A DNA stretch of 64,000 bases from Klebsormidium nitens (Eukaryota > Plantae > Klebsormidiophyceae): NCBI GenBank assembly GCA_000708835.1, contig DF237007.1, positions 62,001-126,000 on the forward strand, in the 5' to 3' direction. Made by a program: the position numbers and the translations under genes. Under the pieces are notes generated by a model that saw only the letters and a list, made by a program, of their open reading frames with translations, searched no databases and was not told where the DNA came from. Below are positions 12,201 through 24,200 of the stretch, one piece after another; the first letter of the stretch is position 1; the number at the start of each line of letters is the position of its first letter.

Positions 12201-13077
12201 GTCAAATGAAAATCTTCTGCTGTCCAGTCGCGGAAAGCGTTCCTTAAGACTCCAGTGCCGACAAGAATTTCAGAAGGACTAAAAGCACTACATATGACTT
12301 TAGGAACATGCACTTACTCACCTGCACAAACGGCACGTCCCGCCACTGCGTCTCCACCTCATTTCCCACCCTCTCTAGTTTCTCCCTCAAACCGCTCTCC
12401 CACTCTTCCTCCCTGCCTGGGTCTGCATTTGCCCAGCTGCCCGCAACCACCTCGATCTGCGGCAAAAGCGCCGGAAAAGCTCTCGCCATGACCGTCTTCG
12501 CTGTGCCCCTCGGGCCGGCGATCGCAACGCCCCCCAGCTTGGGATCGATCGCAGCGATCAGCAACGCTTTCTTCGCTGCGTCATTGCCCACGATCGAGGA
12601 CAGCGGGAAGGACCGCCTTTCAAAGGAGTCAGGAGCGACTTTGGGAGATGGTTCTGCTTTTGTGGGCGCAACTTGCGCAGGCCTCTCTGACACCGCAGCC
12701 GCATGCGGGGCAGCGACGCATTGTCGCCTCTTTGCATGTGTCAAGGGTGTGCGGTGTTTGCTTCCAAGCAGGCCAATCCGGTCTTCAAGGAGGAACCCAC
12801 TGAAAGCTGGAAAATGGCGCTCTGGCCAGAGACTGAATCCGTTCACGTCTGGAATACTAGACGCAGCTGGAGCCGCATGCAACGGACCAGTGGAAATACC
12901 ACTGCGCTTACATGGAATCAATGCCGATCGCCGCTGCGTTGCTTTTCTAAGGGAGAAATGGAGTGGTGCATGTCTCGTGTTGGTTCCATGAGAGAAGCTT
13001 TGTGGGCTGCCGTATGGCGAGCAGAAGCGCTGCGGAGAGCTGAACAGTGACAAAGGGCAAGTGGCCGCAAGTGCCAT
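6300..13077 (-). CDS. CHLD: Divergent magnesium-chelatase subunit D-like protein (AAA+ plus vWA), about 1220 aa, with transit-peptide-like N-terminus
   Basis: Eight exons: 13077-12322, 11902-11725, 11330-10200, 9805-9632, 9045-8621, 8136-7733, 7282-6847, 6458-6300. All have GT-AG ends and consistent phases; total 3663 nt = 1220 aa + stop. Motifs [79 protein letters not shown] follow the ChlD order. Confidence 0.9.
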
Positions 13078-14392
13078 AGTGGACTCTCAACCGTCCTCTT
13101 ACTGAGATTATTTGCAAAGGTTGTGGGCCAGTTATATAGAAAAAGTAATGCGCAATATGGAGAAGGCCCCTGGATCAAGGTCCGTAGGAAGCAAGCCGAT
13201 GATCAATTGCAAGACATTGAGCTGATCCGCAATTTCAATGCAACGACACTCCTGGCGCTGCACCACCAGCAAGCTAGCTTTTCCCCTGCAGCCTTCAACT
13301 TTCATCAACAGCTGCTGAAGGACGCAATATGGTCCTAGAGAGCGATCAAGTGACGAAAGGCCTCCCCGAACTGTTCCAGTGTACCGATCATAATGCAGCA
13401 ACTTGCAAGTATCAAGACACCTGTACAAGGAAGCCCTGCCAGAAGCCCTTTCAGCGCTGTAGGCCCAGCTGGCCAGGCAATCTGCAAAATTTTCGATGGC
13501 TACTAGCGCGCTTGCAAGAAAGACGAGGGACAACTGTCACACAGAAGGGGGCATCTTACGTCAGCTCGCTCAAAGTGTCAGGGGTGTGCTCGTGGTCCAC
13601 GTGGCAGCAGGCGGCGTCCTACGCAAATCTGCATCTTGTGGCTAAGCTTCTTGCCCGGTCAGCAAATCTCGGCACATATGGGATTCCGGTTAGCAATCAT
13701 TACCGGCCGGAAATCCACGATGGGGCGGCCGGTCCAGCTACGGTGTGAAGAGTTTGGGTACCCCGGGGCCCGGCCCCTAACATCAGAATTCAGGAACAAA
13801 GCATCCTTGCTTCGGTCGGACGTTTGAGTTTGAGTACGCCGAACCAGTGCCCCGGTGACTTCGATCAAACAACCAGCCAGCCCCGGTGTGCGTGCTTCCC
13901 GCCATCCTCAGAAGTCGGAGTTCTTGATTCCTGCTGAAGCGCAATGGAGGGCCAGGAAGCATCCAAACGGAACTGCAGAAAGACGCAGAGCGTCTCTTTG
14001 GAAGACGACGTTGTAGGCCTAGAGGAAAGGGGAGGACTCGTTGACCTGTGAGAGCGCAGCTGTTGCCATCGCCTTGGGTTGCATTCAGGGGCCCTGGGAA
14101 GTAGGTTGCAAAGAGACATCCTTGTCCAAATGTGTTGGCCGCATTTGGGTCCCATGCGCAGCTGCACGAGCGTTTGTAAAATCACCCCGCTTGCCTGTTG
14201 ATGTAGGGGGTTGGATCTGGTATTGCTGAGCTCTGTTGTTACAAATTAGAAGGGGGCAAACTCTTTGGGTATGCTTTGAAGGTTAGCTTCAACCACAAGT
14301 TTGAGAGACTTGCCATGAGCTTAAAAAGCTGTCGTATCTAAAGAACGCCTTCAGATTTTACATAGGGCGTGAATCTAGGTGGGATTGGGACG

Positions 14393-17300
14393 ATGGCTCA
14401 AGCAGGGGTGGCCGGAGTTGGCCTCAAACTATCAGGGGTTTTGTCTTCCACAGCTCACTCCCAGTCAACCGGTCGCCAGCAGTCAGATCTGTGCTGCAAG
14501 GCACTTCCTCTTTGGGGAGGGTTTGCAAAGGCCAAACCTAACCAAACCTCAAGCACTTGGGAGCAGCATTCATGGGTTGGCCGAGGCTTCTCATCTGCTG
14601 TGCGAGCGAGCCGGGATTCTGAAGGGGGCAAGAAACGGGAGGAAAGTCCAGGGGGGAGAAGCAGATATCCAGACTCTTTGCGGGATCCGAGCAACAGGGG
14701 AGCAGCACTAGAGGGCGAGGAAAATGTGGAGAGGAGTTTGGACAGGATTGAGACGGCTGCCAAGGCGTCAATCGATAAGCTACGGCACATCATCTATAAG
14801 CTACGGACGCAGGCCCCCGAGGCCACAAGCACCGAGATAAGCACCGTCAGCGGCGATTTATTGATGGGAAGTGCAAAGTTCGCAGGGCGGGATGAAGAGA
14901 TTTTCATCAAGCAGGACTTTGAAGTAGAACTGGGTTCTTTTGGGGGCGAAACTTCAGGCGACGAGTCCGACTCTCCAGATGCGGAGGCGTTTGTGCACCA
15001 CGACGCCCTGACCTGCACGCAGACATCTGTCAGGATCGACGAGGCGACGGGGACAGCTGTCGTGTCGGTCACAGCCACCGTGCGCGGCGGTGACATCATC
15101 GACCAGAGCTCATACACTGAGAAGAGTGTGGCTCTCGCAGCGCGCGCGCTCGCACGCACGTGCCTTGCTTTGGACGAAAAGGCGCAGGCGGCATTGGCAG
15201 GGGGACAGTCTGTCCTCAAAACTTTGCCAAAGCTGGACCGGAAACCGCACGAGCTGCTGACGGAGGTGTTGCAAGACGGGCAGATCGTGAGGTTTGCGCC
15301 GTTGGTCGAGGCGGGCAGCAGTCCGTTCCGGCATAAGTACGAGGTGGAGTTGGAGATCCCCCAATGGAGCAAGGCGAATGCGGTGTTCATTCCATTTGTC
15401 CCTGGGGATGCATTCCTGAGGTGGCGGAGGGCCCCTGCGGAGTGGGTTGCCTATCAGGTGGGTTTCTGAGGGTTTTGGAGGCTGCACTGTTTTGAAGATC
15501 TATAATTTAGAGGAAATGGAATTGCTTTTCTTTTTGGGATTGAGCAGTCAGACAAAGATATCCCAGGGAAACGTGGGCGTTTTCTTCGGGAAGAATGTGC
15601 AAATTATCATCAACAACGCGGCAGTCTCAACAGAAGGACACATGGGCTGAGGTCTTTTGGCAATTTGCAGTGCTTTCATACAATGGGGTGTGCTTCAGAC
15701 ATCAAATCTTACTTGCGCCTTACGTGTATATTCCTTGTCCCTTGATGTTTCTTGTTTCGTGAATCACCTCAAGGGGGTTCGTAGGGTTCCCTCATGCTCC
15801 CCATTGCTACTGTGTATCTGCATAGAAGTAGGCAATGTACAGTCTTGTTGAATAGATTCTGATCCTGGAGATCTGCATCTTTTTTGTTGCTGTCTACTTC
15901 TTGCCTATGAAGCATCAAAGCTAAGACTGCCACCTATGGGGAGTCAAAAATTGATCAGATGCCATTGTTTTGAATGCCTTCACGTCTACTACATGATTCC
16001 TGCGGAATCACAGCAGAACAATTAGTCACGAGAATGTCTACCTGGTTCGTACACATTGAAGTGTTCGTTCGTAAGGCCCGGTTCAATTCCGCCCCTTTCA
16101 GCTCTCAGAATGAGGATCTTTCAAGACTTACCATTCCGGTGTTGAAAACCACGCGGGGCAAGTCAGTTGCCAGTTTAACTGTAGGCAAATGCTTTGCAAG
16201 ACTATCCAGCACTTCACAATTGCTCCATATTCAAGTGCACTTTCTGCAAGCATCGTCATCTGGTTACAAACACAAAGAATCAAGTAACAGACTTCAATCC
16301 TGGTTCGCAGATGAACCTTCTCTTGGGCCTGGACATCGTACCCCCAGCAGCAATCCGAACAAACGTGCAATTGGGCGAAGAAAAGTACGATCTGGGGGTT
16401 ATGGTGGCAGCAGTGAGTGGGTTGAGACCGCTTTCGAGCATACCCACAAGAGTGAGTCTTCCTTCTAACCAAATTGGAAACCCCTGCTCAATACATACAA
16501 TGGTACGTTATCGCTTTTTGGGTGACGGCCAAAGTTCTTCTGCCGTTTGATCCATCTGGGGGATCAATTGCTTGCAAGGCTTCCTTTTAGCAGCTTTACA
16601 AATCAAAGTTGTCTGCGCTTTTAGAAAGTGACAGCGGTGCTTCTAAGCGCGACTTTTACCAACTCTAGGTTTTCAGTGCCGGGCATTGCATGCATCTGAC
16701 ATTCCCCTTTTGTAGGGGGTGAAAATCGAAAGTTTAAGCTGTCCAGCAAGGTGCAACCAGATTATCACCGCTTCTTGTCTTCTCTTCAGCAGATGCGAGC
16801 ACATCCAAGTGCTTTTTTTCCTTAAAATGGAGCCTTTTGTCCCTTCCAGTCTTGTCAGCTTTTTGGTCTTGTCGGCTTAGCCCAACTTTTGAGCCATGTT
16901 GCTGACTAATAAGGGACATACCTACGCTTCGCCTTTCGTCTGAATGTGAGTGGACCGCTTGACTTCCTCTCGTCAGATCGTGCCTACTGCTAGTTGCAAA
17001 ACTTCTCACCATTTTGACCAAATCCCTGTTTACAGCTTCTCATAGACCCCATTCTCAAGGGCCGTGTCTCTGGTCAGCTCCGCCATCTCAACTCGATGTA
17101 TCCAACATGACAGTGCAGAACCAGTTCAGGAAAGACTTGGACGCAGGCTCTATCCTTTAACTCCAAGAATGGGCCATTCCATCCCGCGTCGCTCAGGTCA
17201 GCACCGCCTGCATTGATTCTGCCACATTTTGACTTCATTTTTACTTCCAGTTACAAAACACGTGAACAAACAACGTCATTGCTCTAGAGTTGCTCACCAA

Positions 17301-19201
17301 GATTGGTTCATCATTTCCAGAAATGGGGCGTGCCGTCCCCCGTCGCCTTCGTCACCTCCGCCCACGTTTTGGACGCGTTGCTTGGCGGCGCCCCCCGGCA
17401 GCCGCACGAGTTTAAGGCGGGCAACCACTGGAGTCTCCAGGGGGGGTTGAAACCAGTGGTGTGGGAACACCCCATGGGGCCCGGCCGGGGCGCGCTGCAT
17501 AGCATGTGGTCGCACCGCGGGGAGCGCAAGGGAGTCAAGGTGAGCTGATTTGGTGTTTGTCCGTGTCCTTTGTTTGTCCTTGAACCTTCTCTTCTTCCTT
17601 TCTACCACTTTTTGCTCCGTTCCTTCCTTGTGTTGGGCGTAAGTAGGCGGACTCTGCTCAGCGGAGATTGGCCTCGCACAACGAGCAATGCAGGCTGCAA
17701 GGTTAATAATGGGATGCCCGGTGTTAAAAGAAACGGTTGTCTTGGCTGGGCAGGGAAAGCGAGAATTCCGTTCACCTTAGGACCGTGAGGCACTTCGTTG
17801 CGGCTCATGCTCTCAACAGACCCTTCACGACACAGCGCCAAGGTTCCGGCATCTTTTGAAGGTGGAAATGGACAAGCAGAGACAGTCTGTCGACTGAGGC
17901 TTTGGCAACCTTTGCTCATGGGTCAGGATTGGCCGTTTTTAGTTTGCAGCCTTCTTTTACTGCTAAATGACAGTCCCTACGTCTCGGCCCTTCGACTCTT
18001 TCTGATTTTTTCCTTGCAGAATGAAGGCGTTCAGTTGCAGCGTTCTCTCCGCTCGACCGCACATTGTTCAACCATCGCGCATAGCAAACTTTGCTTCAGG
18101 TCTCGTACTCCCTCTTAGGGAAAGAACGCTTTTTCTCAAAAGCAGAGGATCGGTTTCGCTTGCACTCCCCTTTCTTCCCGCCAACAGAGCCGTTCCTCGA
18201 CGATGCTCGCATAACCGACGGCGCTGGGCCACAGCGTGCTTGTCGAGCAATTGCAAAATTTCTATCTTCGAAGTAGAGTTTGCGCCGAAGCGTTCTGTTT
18301 GCAGCGTTCTTGTCTTTCTCCGTGCTGACGGTTCCTCCCTCTCCCCCACAGTCTTTGTCAGCGTTGAAACTGGCGCTCTTAAAGGCGCTAAGTCACAGCG
18401 TGCCTTTCAAGCAGCTAAGTCTTTTCTATAATCGGAGATAGTGCCTCCACATCGTTCGCTTTTTCTGCAGCAGCTTTTTTGTCTGCAAAGTGCTGACAGT
18501 CCCTTTTCCCGCCAACAGAGCATTCCGGCGACGACACTGGCTTGAGGGAGGCGAACACAGCGTCTGTTTAAGCATTTAATGTTTCTTCCAACTTTGGCGG
18601 GAGCAAGCATTTTCCGATAATCAAAAGCACCTCTGAAAACAGTGAAATTTTTTGTTTCCCACGCCCACAGTCCCTTCCCGGCAGTCTCTTCCCGGCAACA
18701 ACATCGGCGCGCTTGAACGAGCTGAGTCGCAAAGAGCCTTTCGAGTATCTGGCGTGTTTTCCATCTTAGAAGAAGAAGCTCCTGTTTTATTGATTTATTC
18801 GCAGCGTCCTTGTAATTCTTGGTGCTCAAGATCCCTGTCCCCTGTCTCCCGTGCCAACAGAGCATCCCGGCGACGACTCTGTGGCGCTTGAAGGAGCTGA
18901 ATTACAGCTTGTCGTTCGAGCAGCCGCACGTCGTACGTCTTTTCATTTGAAGCCCTCGCTTTTTCGCAGCAACTTGTTGTTGTTTGTAAGTGCTGACAAG
19001 CCCTGTCCTTCCCGCCAACAGAGCATCCCGGCGACGACTCTGGCGCGCTTGAAGGAGCTGAGTCCCAGCGTGCTGTTCGAGCAGCTGGGCGGCGCCGTCA
19101 CGTCCGACGAGACGGAGCTCATCCTCGAGCGACGGGATCAAATTGTGGCGTACTTCGATGCGATGGCCAAGCGACACGGCGGGGAGGCGGTACTGGTTTA
19201 G
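14393..19201 (+). CDS. PI4K-II / Four-jointed / Fam20-like kinase-fold protein, probably a pseudokinase, with transit-peptide-like N-terminus (534 aa)
   Basis: Exons 14393-15457, 16311-16451, 17321-17539, 19022-19201, all phase 0, total 1605 nt. The spliced sequence gives AVFIPFVPGD...RAPAEWVAYQ|MNLLLGLDIVPPAAIR, resembling the E.AAY.L..LLGL..VPP signature, and a C-terminal TTLARLKEL...ILERRDQIVAYF helix typical of these atypical kinases. Confidence 0.75.
17950..19070 (+). repeat. Degenerate ~165-170 bp tandem array of branch point + 3' splice site + start of the last exon
   Basis: GCCAACAG|AGC recurs with the AG ending at 18187, 18518, 18860 and 19021 (the true acceptor). Weaker intermediate copies lie near 18350 and 18690. 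GTGCTGAC branch-like motifs occur near 18322, 18490 and 18990. Confidence 0.8.
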
Positions 19202-21281
19202 GCGGGTGATGGGTTATCTTGTAACCGGGTGGTCAGTGGGCGATGTAAAGTCATGGGCGGTCGAAACAACAGACTGGTTGGGCGGTTAAGTACCCCGGTG
19301 GTTTGGGTATGCGTAAGGCAGACCGGTTTGGCCAATCCGGGAACGTGTGATTGTTTCGTCAGGTGATTGCTCGGTGGCGATTGATGAAAATGGGGTAACC
19401 GAGTATGTAAGCTGGATGCACGTAAATGGCGAATGCTTTGATTGGACTGGACGGGGTCAAGAACGCAATTGTGAGGCTTCCTTTGTCGCGGGCCTGGGGT
19501 ATAAGCGTTGAGGGAAGATCGCTCGAAGAGCCGTGGAGAACGCTTAAGTAGTGTGGACGGATTCTTTCAACGGTGGTTCCCTTTCAGGTTCTAGTTCTAA
19601 AGAACGGTGATGATTCTATGCAATAAGATGTGTGTTTGAGCAGTGCACGTTACAGTCGAGTCGACGTCTACATTAGGCAAAATACATAGGAGTGTCGTCC
19701 TTATCAGTTTCGAAAATTGACGTTGCGTATCAGCGAGCATTTGGCGGTCCAGCACCACTAGGCAGCCGCAATCTTCTGAAGACTATTCGATAACACTAGC
19801 TTATGCTTGTAGTAGTCGGGAATAAGAAGACATTTTGTAAGTATTATTAAGTGGCAGCGGTGCGCTAAGTCCGTGGGCTTGGATGCATAGAATCGCAAAA
19901 ATAAGCAAGTTGAGCGTTGACTGGAGTAATTACCATTCCTCGGTGAAGGGTCATATTTGTAAATGTAGGGCTTTCTGTCCATGAAGGTGCAAGTCGATTA
20001 CCGACGGCCGAGTCATGTTAATTTCTGGCTCACTGGACTGCTATGCACTGGTGTCGAGCAGTCATTTGCATGCCACTCAATGATGATGGACCCAATAAGC
20101 TTCCGCATCAGATTAAGTACATGGCATTAAGCATCCTACACAGGCCGGTCACAATCCAAGTAAGCTACGATCATGAAATTTGGAGAACGACAACGTACAA
20201 CCGCGTACGTTGCCAGAACACATCATGAGAATGCCGTCTCTAGCTACAGCGCGCTCCCGGCAACACTGGGCGGCCTATAAGAGCCGACGCTAATTTGATG
20301 GAAGGCCGCCAGCGGTAGATCATGCATACGCAGCAACAATCAAGAATCCGGTATGATGTTTGAATACCCAAATTCTACTAGCTGTAGCCGCCGCAATCAT
20401 TGATCAATGGCATCGAATACCGTTGCTTGCAGCAGCTAACTCAGATGTCGCATCAGTGTTCGATTCCGTGGAGCCATTCCCGCTGCATATGCTAGTCCTA
20501 ATTAGTAGACATGATCCCACGGTATGATGAGTGATACAGCTGAACCTGGGCGCATTGCTCTGCGTGCGCATGCTCTTGCTCTGCGCGCTCATGGCATAGC
20601 ATGTGCCCTGATGATGGCTGTTCGAAATGCAGATGGAATGGAAGATGGTGCTTTCGCCGCAGAGTATCCAATATGAGACATGAGTCGTGACTTTCCAGGG
20701 ATTGATCGTGCATGCAACCCAGTGGTCCTGCTAGCGAGCTACTGTAGAGGTGTGCACATAAGCTATTCACGCTAAGATGGCTGCAAGACTGCATGTCATC
20801 ACCGCATATCGATCGTCTCTGACGCAATCATTGACATTGGATCGAAGACATCTTATACTACTAAGATGTAAGTAAGCCGTTGCACATGGTGGTGCGATTC
20901 CCGCAGGCTTTGGGTGCAGTGCTTCCCTATTGCAACATGAATGTCCCAAGATTGACCTCCAAAAATGTACGGACAATTTCTGTTGAAGTAAGCGCAACGT
21001 CATTCTAGACAAAGCCTGTGCTTCGCGCCCTGATGAAAAGCGCAGCTTCTGAGCTACGAAGACAAAAGACTCGAGGGTTTTGAACGCAAGACACCGCGCT
21101 CTCTTCTGCATAGTCACGTAGCCTTCGTACAGAAGGGGTCACATCAGTTATCCTTGCGCTTCGACATCTGAACGGAAACCTTGCCTTGGAAGGCGCCTCC
21201 ACAAAATGATCGTTCCTCACATGAGAAAATTGAGTTTCGTTTTTAGCGGTGTCTCCTGAGAACCTGTTCATCTTCTTGAAC

Positions 21282-24200
21282 ATGGACGCAGCCATGCAAG
21301 CTGATCCGGCCCGGTTGGCTAAAAGGGAGGAGACCGTCAGAAGAGGCCTCAACATGGATCTTGAAGCAGTCCGGAAGACCGCTATCCAGCGCGCGGAAGA
21401 GGCACTTTCGTCCTCTGCATCGACTAGCTCCGTCAGCATTCCCCCAGAGGTCCATCCAAGCGATTCAGGCACAGAGTATGACCTTGAGAAATGCGTGGAA
21501 ACCCTGAAATCACCGGTGACTGTGAACAGGCTCTGTGCAGAGGACTTAGAGCGAGCTTTTCATCTGTTCTGCACCGCTGTGAAGGTCGGCATGGACACTG
21601 CTGAGAGAACAATATGGGGCTTTGCAGGGGACCTCTCGTTTCAGGACCACATGCACGTGCTTATGATGATGCTGAAGCAAAATGCTTCAGGCCAGGACTT
21701 CTATACCGTCATGGTGCGAAGCGGGCTGGCAGGGCTTACTCTTGAGGACTGGCTGGTCAAAAACCTAGTTCCGCAGAATGTGGCGCTTGTTTATCTGGAC
21801 ACTGCCATCGATCTTGCGACCAAAGATTCCACAACCTCTGAAAGACTGGAGGTGAAGATTCTCATCCCAGTAGTCTTCTCGATCATTAGGATACACCAGT
21901 AAGCACCAAGGGCATAAGATAAGATGAAGTGGAACATAGACCGCATGCGGTAGTCTTGTAATGCTTTGACTCCCAACTACTCCTCAAGGAAGGGTCATAA
22001 GAATCTGTGGCGAGTGACATTCTGCCCGCGAGAGGGAAGTTTCAACCTCGATCGAATAACCTGGTCAATCGTTTACCGGGGTTGAAATGTTGCCGTTCGA
22101 GAGACAACAGTTAGGATGCGTCTTACCAGGTCACTGCCATACACTTTCGATTGTGCTCAAAGTCGCGTTGAGATTCGCACATGCATCCACTTCAGTAGTG
22201 TCCATGATTTTCGTAGCACCATAGATGTCTCGACATTGAGCCTCTAAAAAACTTCTAGGAGTACATTTTCCACGTACTGCTTTGCTTGTTCAAACACAGA
22301 CAAGAATCAGCATCGCTTCCACACTGAAATCCTGCCCTTCAAGCATTCGCAGGGCTTGCGAACCCTAGCTGCCGTGCTCAGTGAGGGGGGCCCAGGCTGT
22401 CACAGCAAGTTCCACGAAGCAGGCGCACTGGAGCCGTTGATTGCCAGGTTCCTGACGACAGAGTTCTCATTGGATGACCTGTTGCTCCCTCGAGACCGCA
22501 ACCTGGCAGCGTGGATGCTCAAAGTCTTTGGCGCCCTGGTGCTTCCCTCGTCGGTCATGCGAACGGTCGTTAACGGACAAGCCCTGCCAGAACAACCTGC
22601 ACCAGGTGAGCAGATAAGTCGGCCTCCTGCCTCTGTTCCAGCAATGTACATCAGTTCGGCTGTGGCTTCTGTTCTGAAAGGAACTGGCACCCTATTGTCA
22701 CCTTGATAAGACTTTTGCTGAGAATTGAGTCTGCTCTTTTGTCCAAAAAATCTGCAAATGTTGAAGATTGAGAGCAATTCATCACAGTGATCATCTATGG
22801 ACCGATAGGTCAGGAGTGACGTATGAAAGCAGAGCAACTTCGAGGATTGATTTTTGCCTCCTGCTTGATGGAACTAATTGTCGCTTTTTTTCGCCACACC
22901 TCTCTCGGAAAAATGCTGAACTATCAAAGTACCTTGTGAGGACTTTGTGAAAGGGACTTTCGTTGATGCTGATTGCAAAGCCTCGGAAATTTTGACTTCG
23001 AAAGCTGGAAGCGCATTCGGAGGGACCGATGCTGGAAGTTTTTTTGCAATCAATCCAGAAAAGATGCTTTCGTTACGCTGCTCCAATCTGCATCCTGTCC
23101 GCCCCTACTTAATAGATAAAGAACTGTGTATGAACAGGTAGATTTAGAAATGTCCAAAGTGGACCCGAACCGGCTCTAATTTGGATCTGTCCTGTTCGGC
23201 CCTGGTTCTTAAAGGATCTCTCGCAGGGAACCTCCTTAACCTTTTACTGACTTATTCCTTAATCTTGAGTATCTATTCTCAAGCTTGAGGAACTATTTTC
23301 CCCCTCCTCTGTTCTGAAAGCGAGTCATCAACAGGACAAATCATCTTCCCACCTTCCAGGCGCGGCCGAGGCGATTGAGACTCTGTTCGAGAGGGGTGTC
23401 GTCCGCAAGATTCTAGACATGCTGGCGCACATGGTTGCGCGCGCGGACGACGTCCGGCGCGACGTGCGCTTGATCGACTTCTGCAAGATGCTGGAGATCC
23501 TGACGACCGTGCTGGGGAATCTGTCGAACAAGGAAGCGATGTTCTTCGACGAGCTGAGGCCCCTTCCAGGTAGAAGGACCTGCCTGCCAGAGTTTTTAAA
23601 GAGCTTTACTCGGAGTCTAGGCTCTAGCCTCAGAGACTCCGGTTTGCGATTGAGAGTGCGGCTCCGGTCCTCGCTGACAGTTTTCCGGCAAAATTGAGAG
23701 TCAGCATGCAAGACATGCTTTGTCTGCTGTTCGCGGACTTGATTGCAAATTTTTGGCTCTGATAGTGATCCAAGTGCACGGGATTCTCACTCCAGCGATG
23801 CGCAATTGGCTGATCCATGGTCCGTTCAGATGTCCATCTGCTTTGCGGAATTCACGTTGATTTGGTTGGTGTGTCCCGCGTATGCGTGCAGATTTCGCCA
23901 GCAGCTTGACGTGGCTCATCACTCACTGGAACTACGACCTCCACTCCGGCCTCACGGCAATCAACATTGTCAACAGAATGTTAACCACGGGAAGGTGCGC
24001 ACAGAACTAAGCGAAGGGCCATGATCGTTTCCTGCCACTTTCCAGATAACTCTCTTCCCGCATCTACGCTTTCAGTTGTTTCGTCTGCCAGCTACTCTGT
24101 TTCAGGACCGCAGTTTGCGAGTTCGTGCGCAATCTGGTGGGGAAATCAACAGAAACTTACCTTTGACTGACGGACGGCTGACGTCATCCTGACAGGTCCG

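Noticed and set aside
12308-12991. 227-aa + strand ORF
   Set aside because: Antisense to ChlD-like exon 1; no motif of its own.
13132-13748. ORFs of 133 aa (-) and 139 aa (+) between the ChlD-like and kinase-like genes
   Set aside because: No recognisable motif and no phase-consistent splice partners; more likely promoter or UTR sequence.
14794-15487. 198-aa and 125-aa - strand ORFs
   Set aside because: Antisense to exon 1 of the kinase-like gene.
17950-19070. Possible CRISPR-like repeat/spacer array
   Set aside because: Eukaryotic intron; the units are degenerate copies of the adjacent acceptor and exon, with no unique spacers or cas genes.
19202-21248. Many 60-155 aa ORFs in the intergenic region
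   Set aside because: Stop-rich in all frames, no domain motifs and no consistent exon chain; no transposase or RT signature seen.
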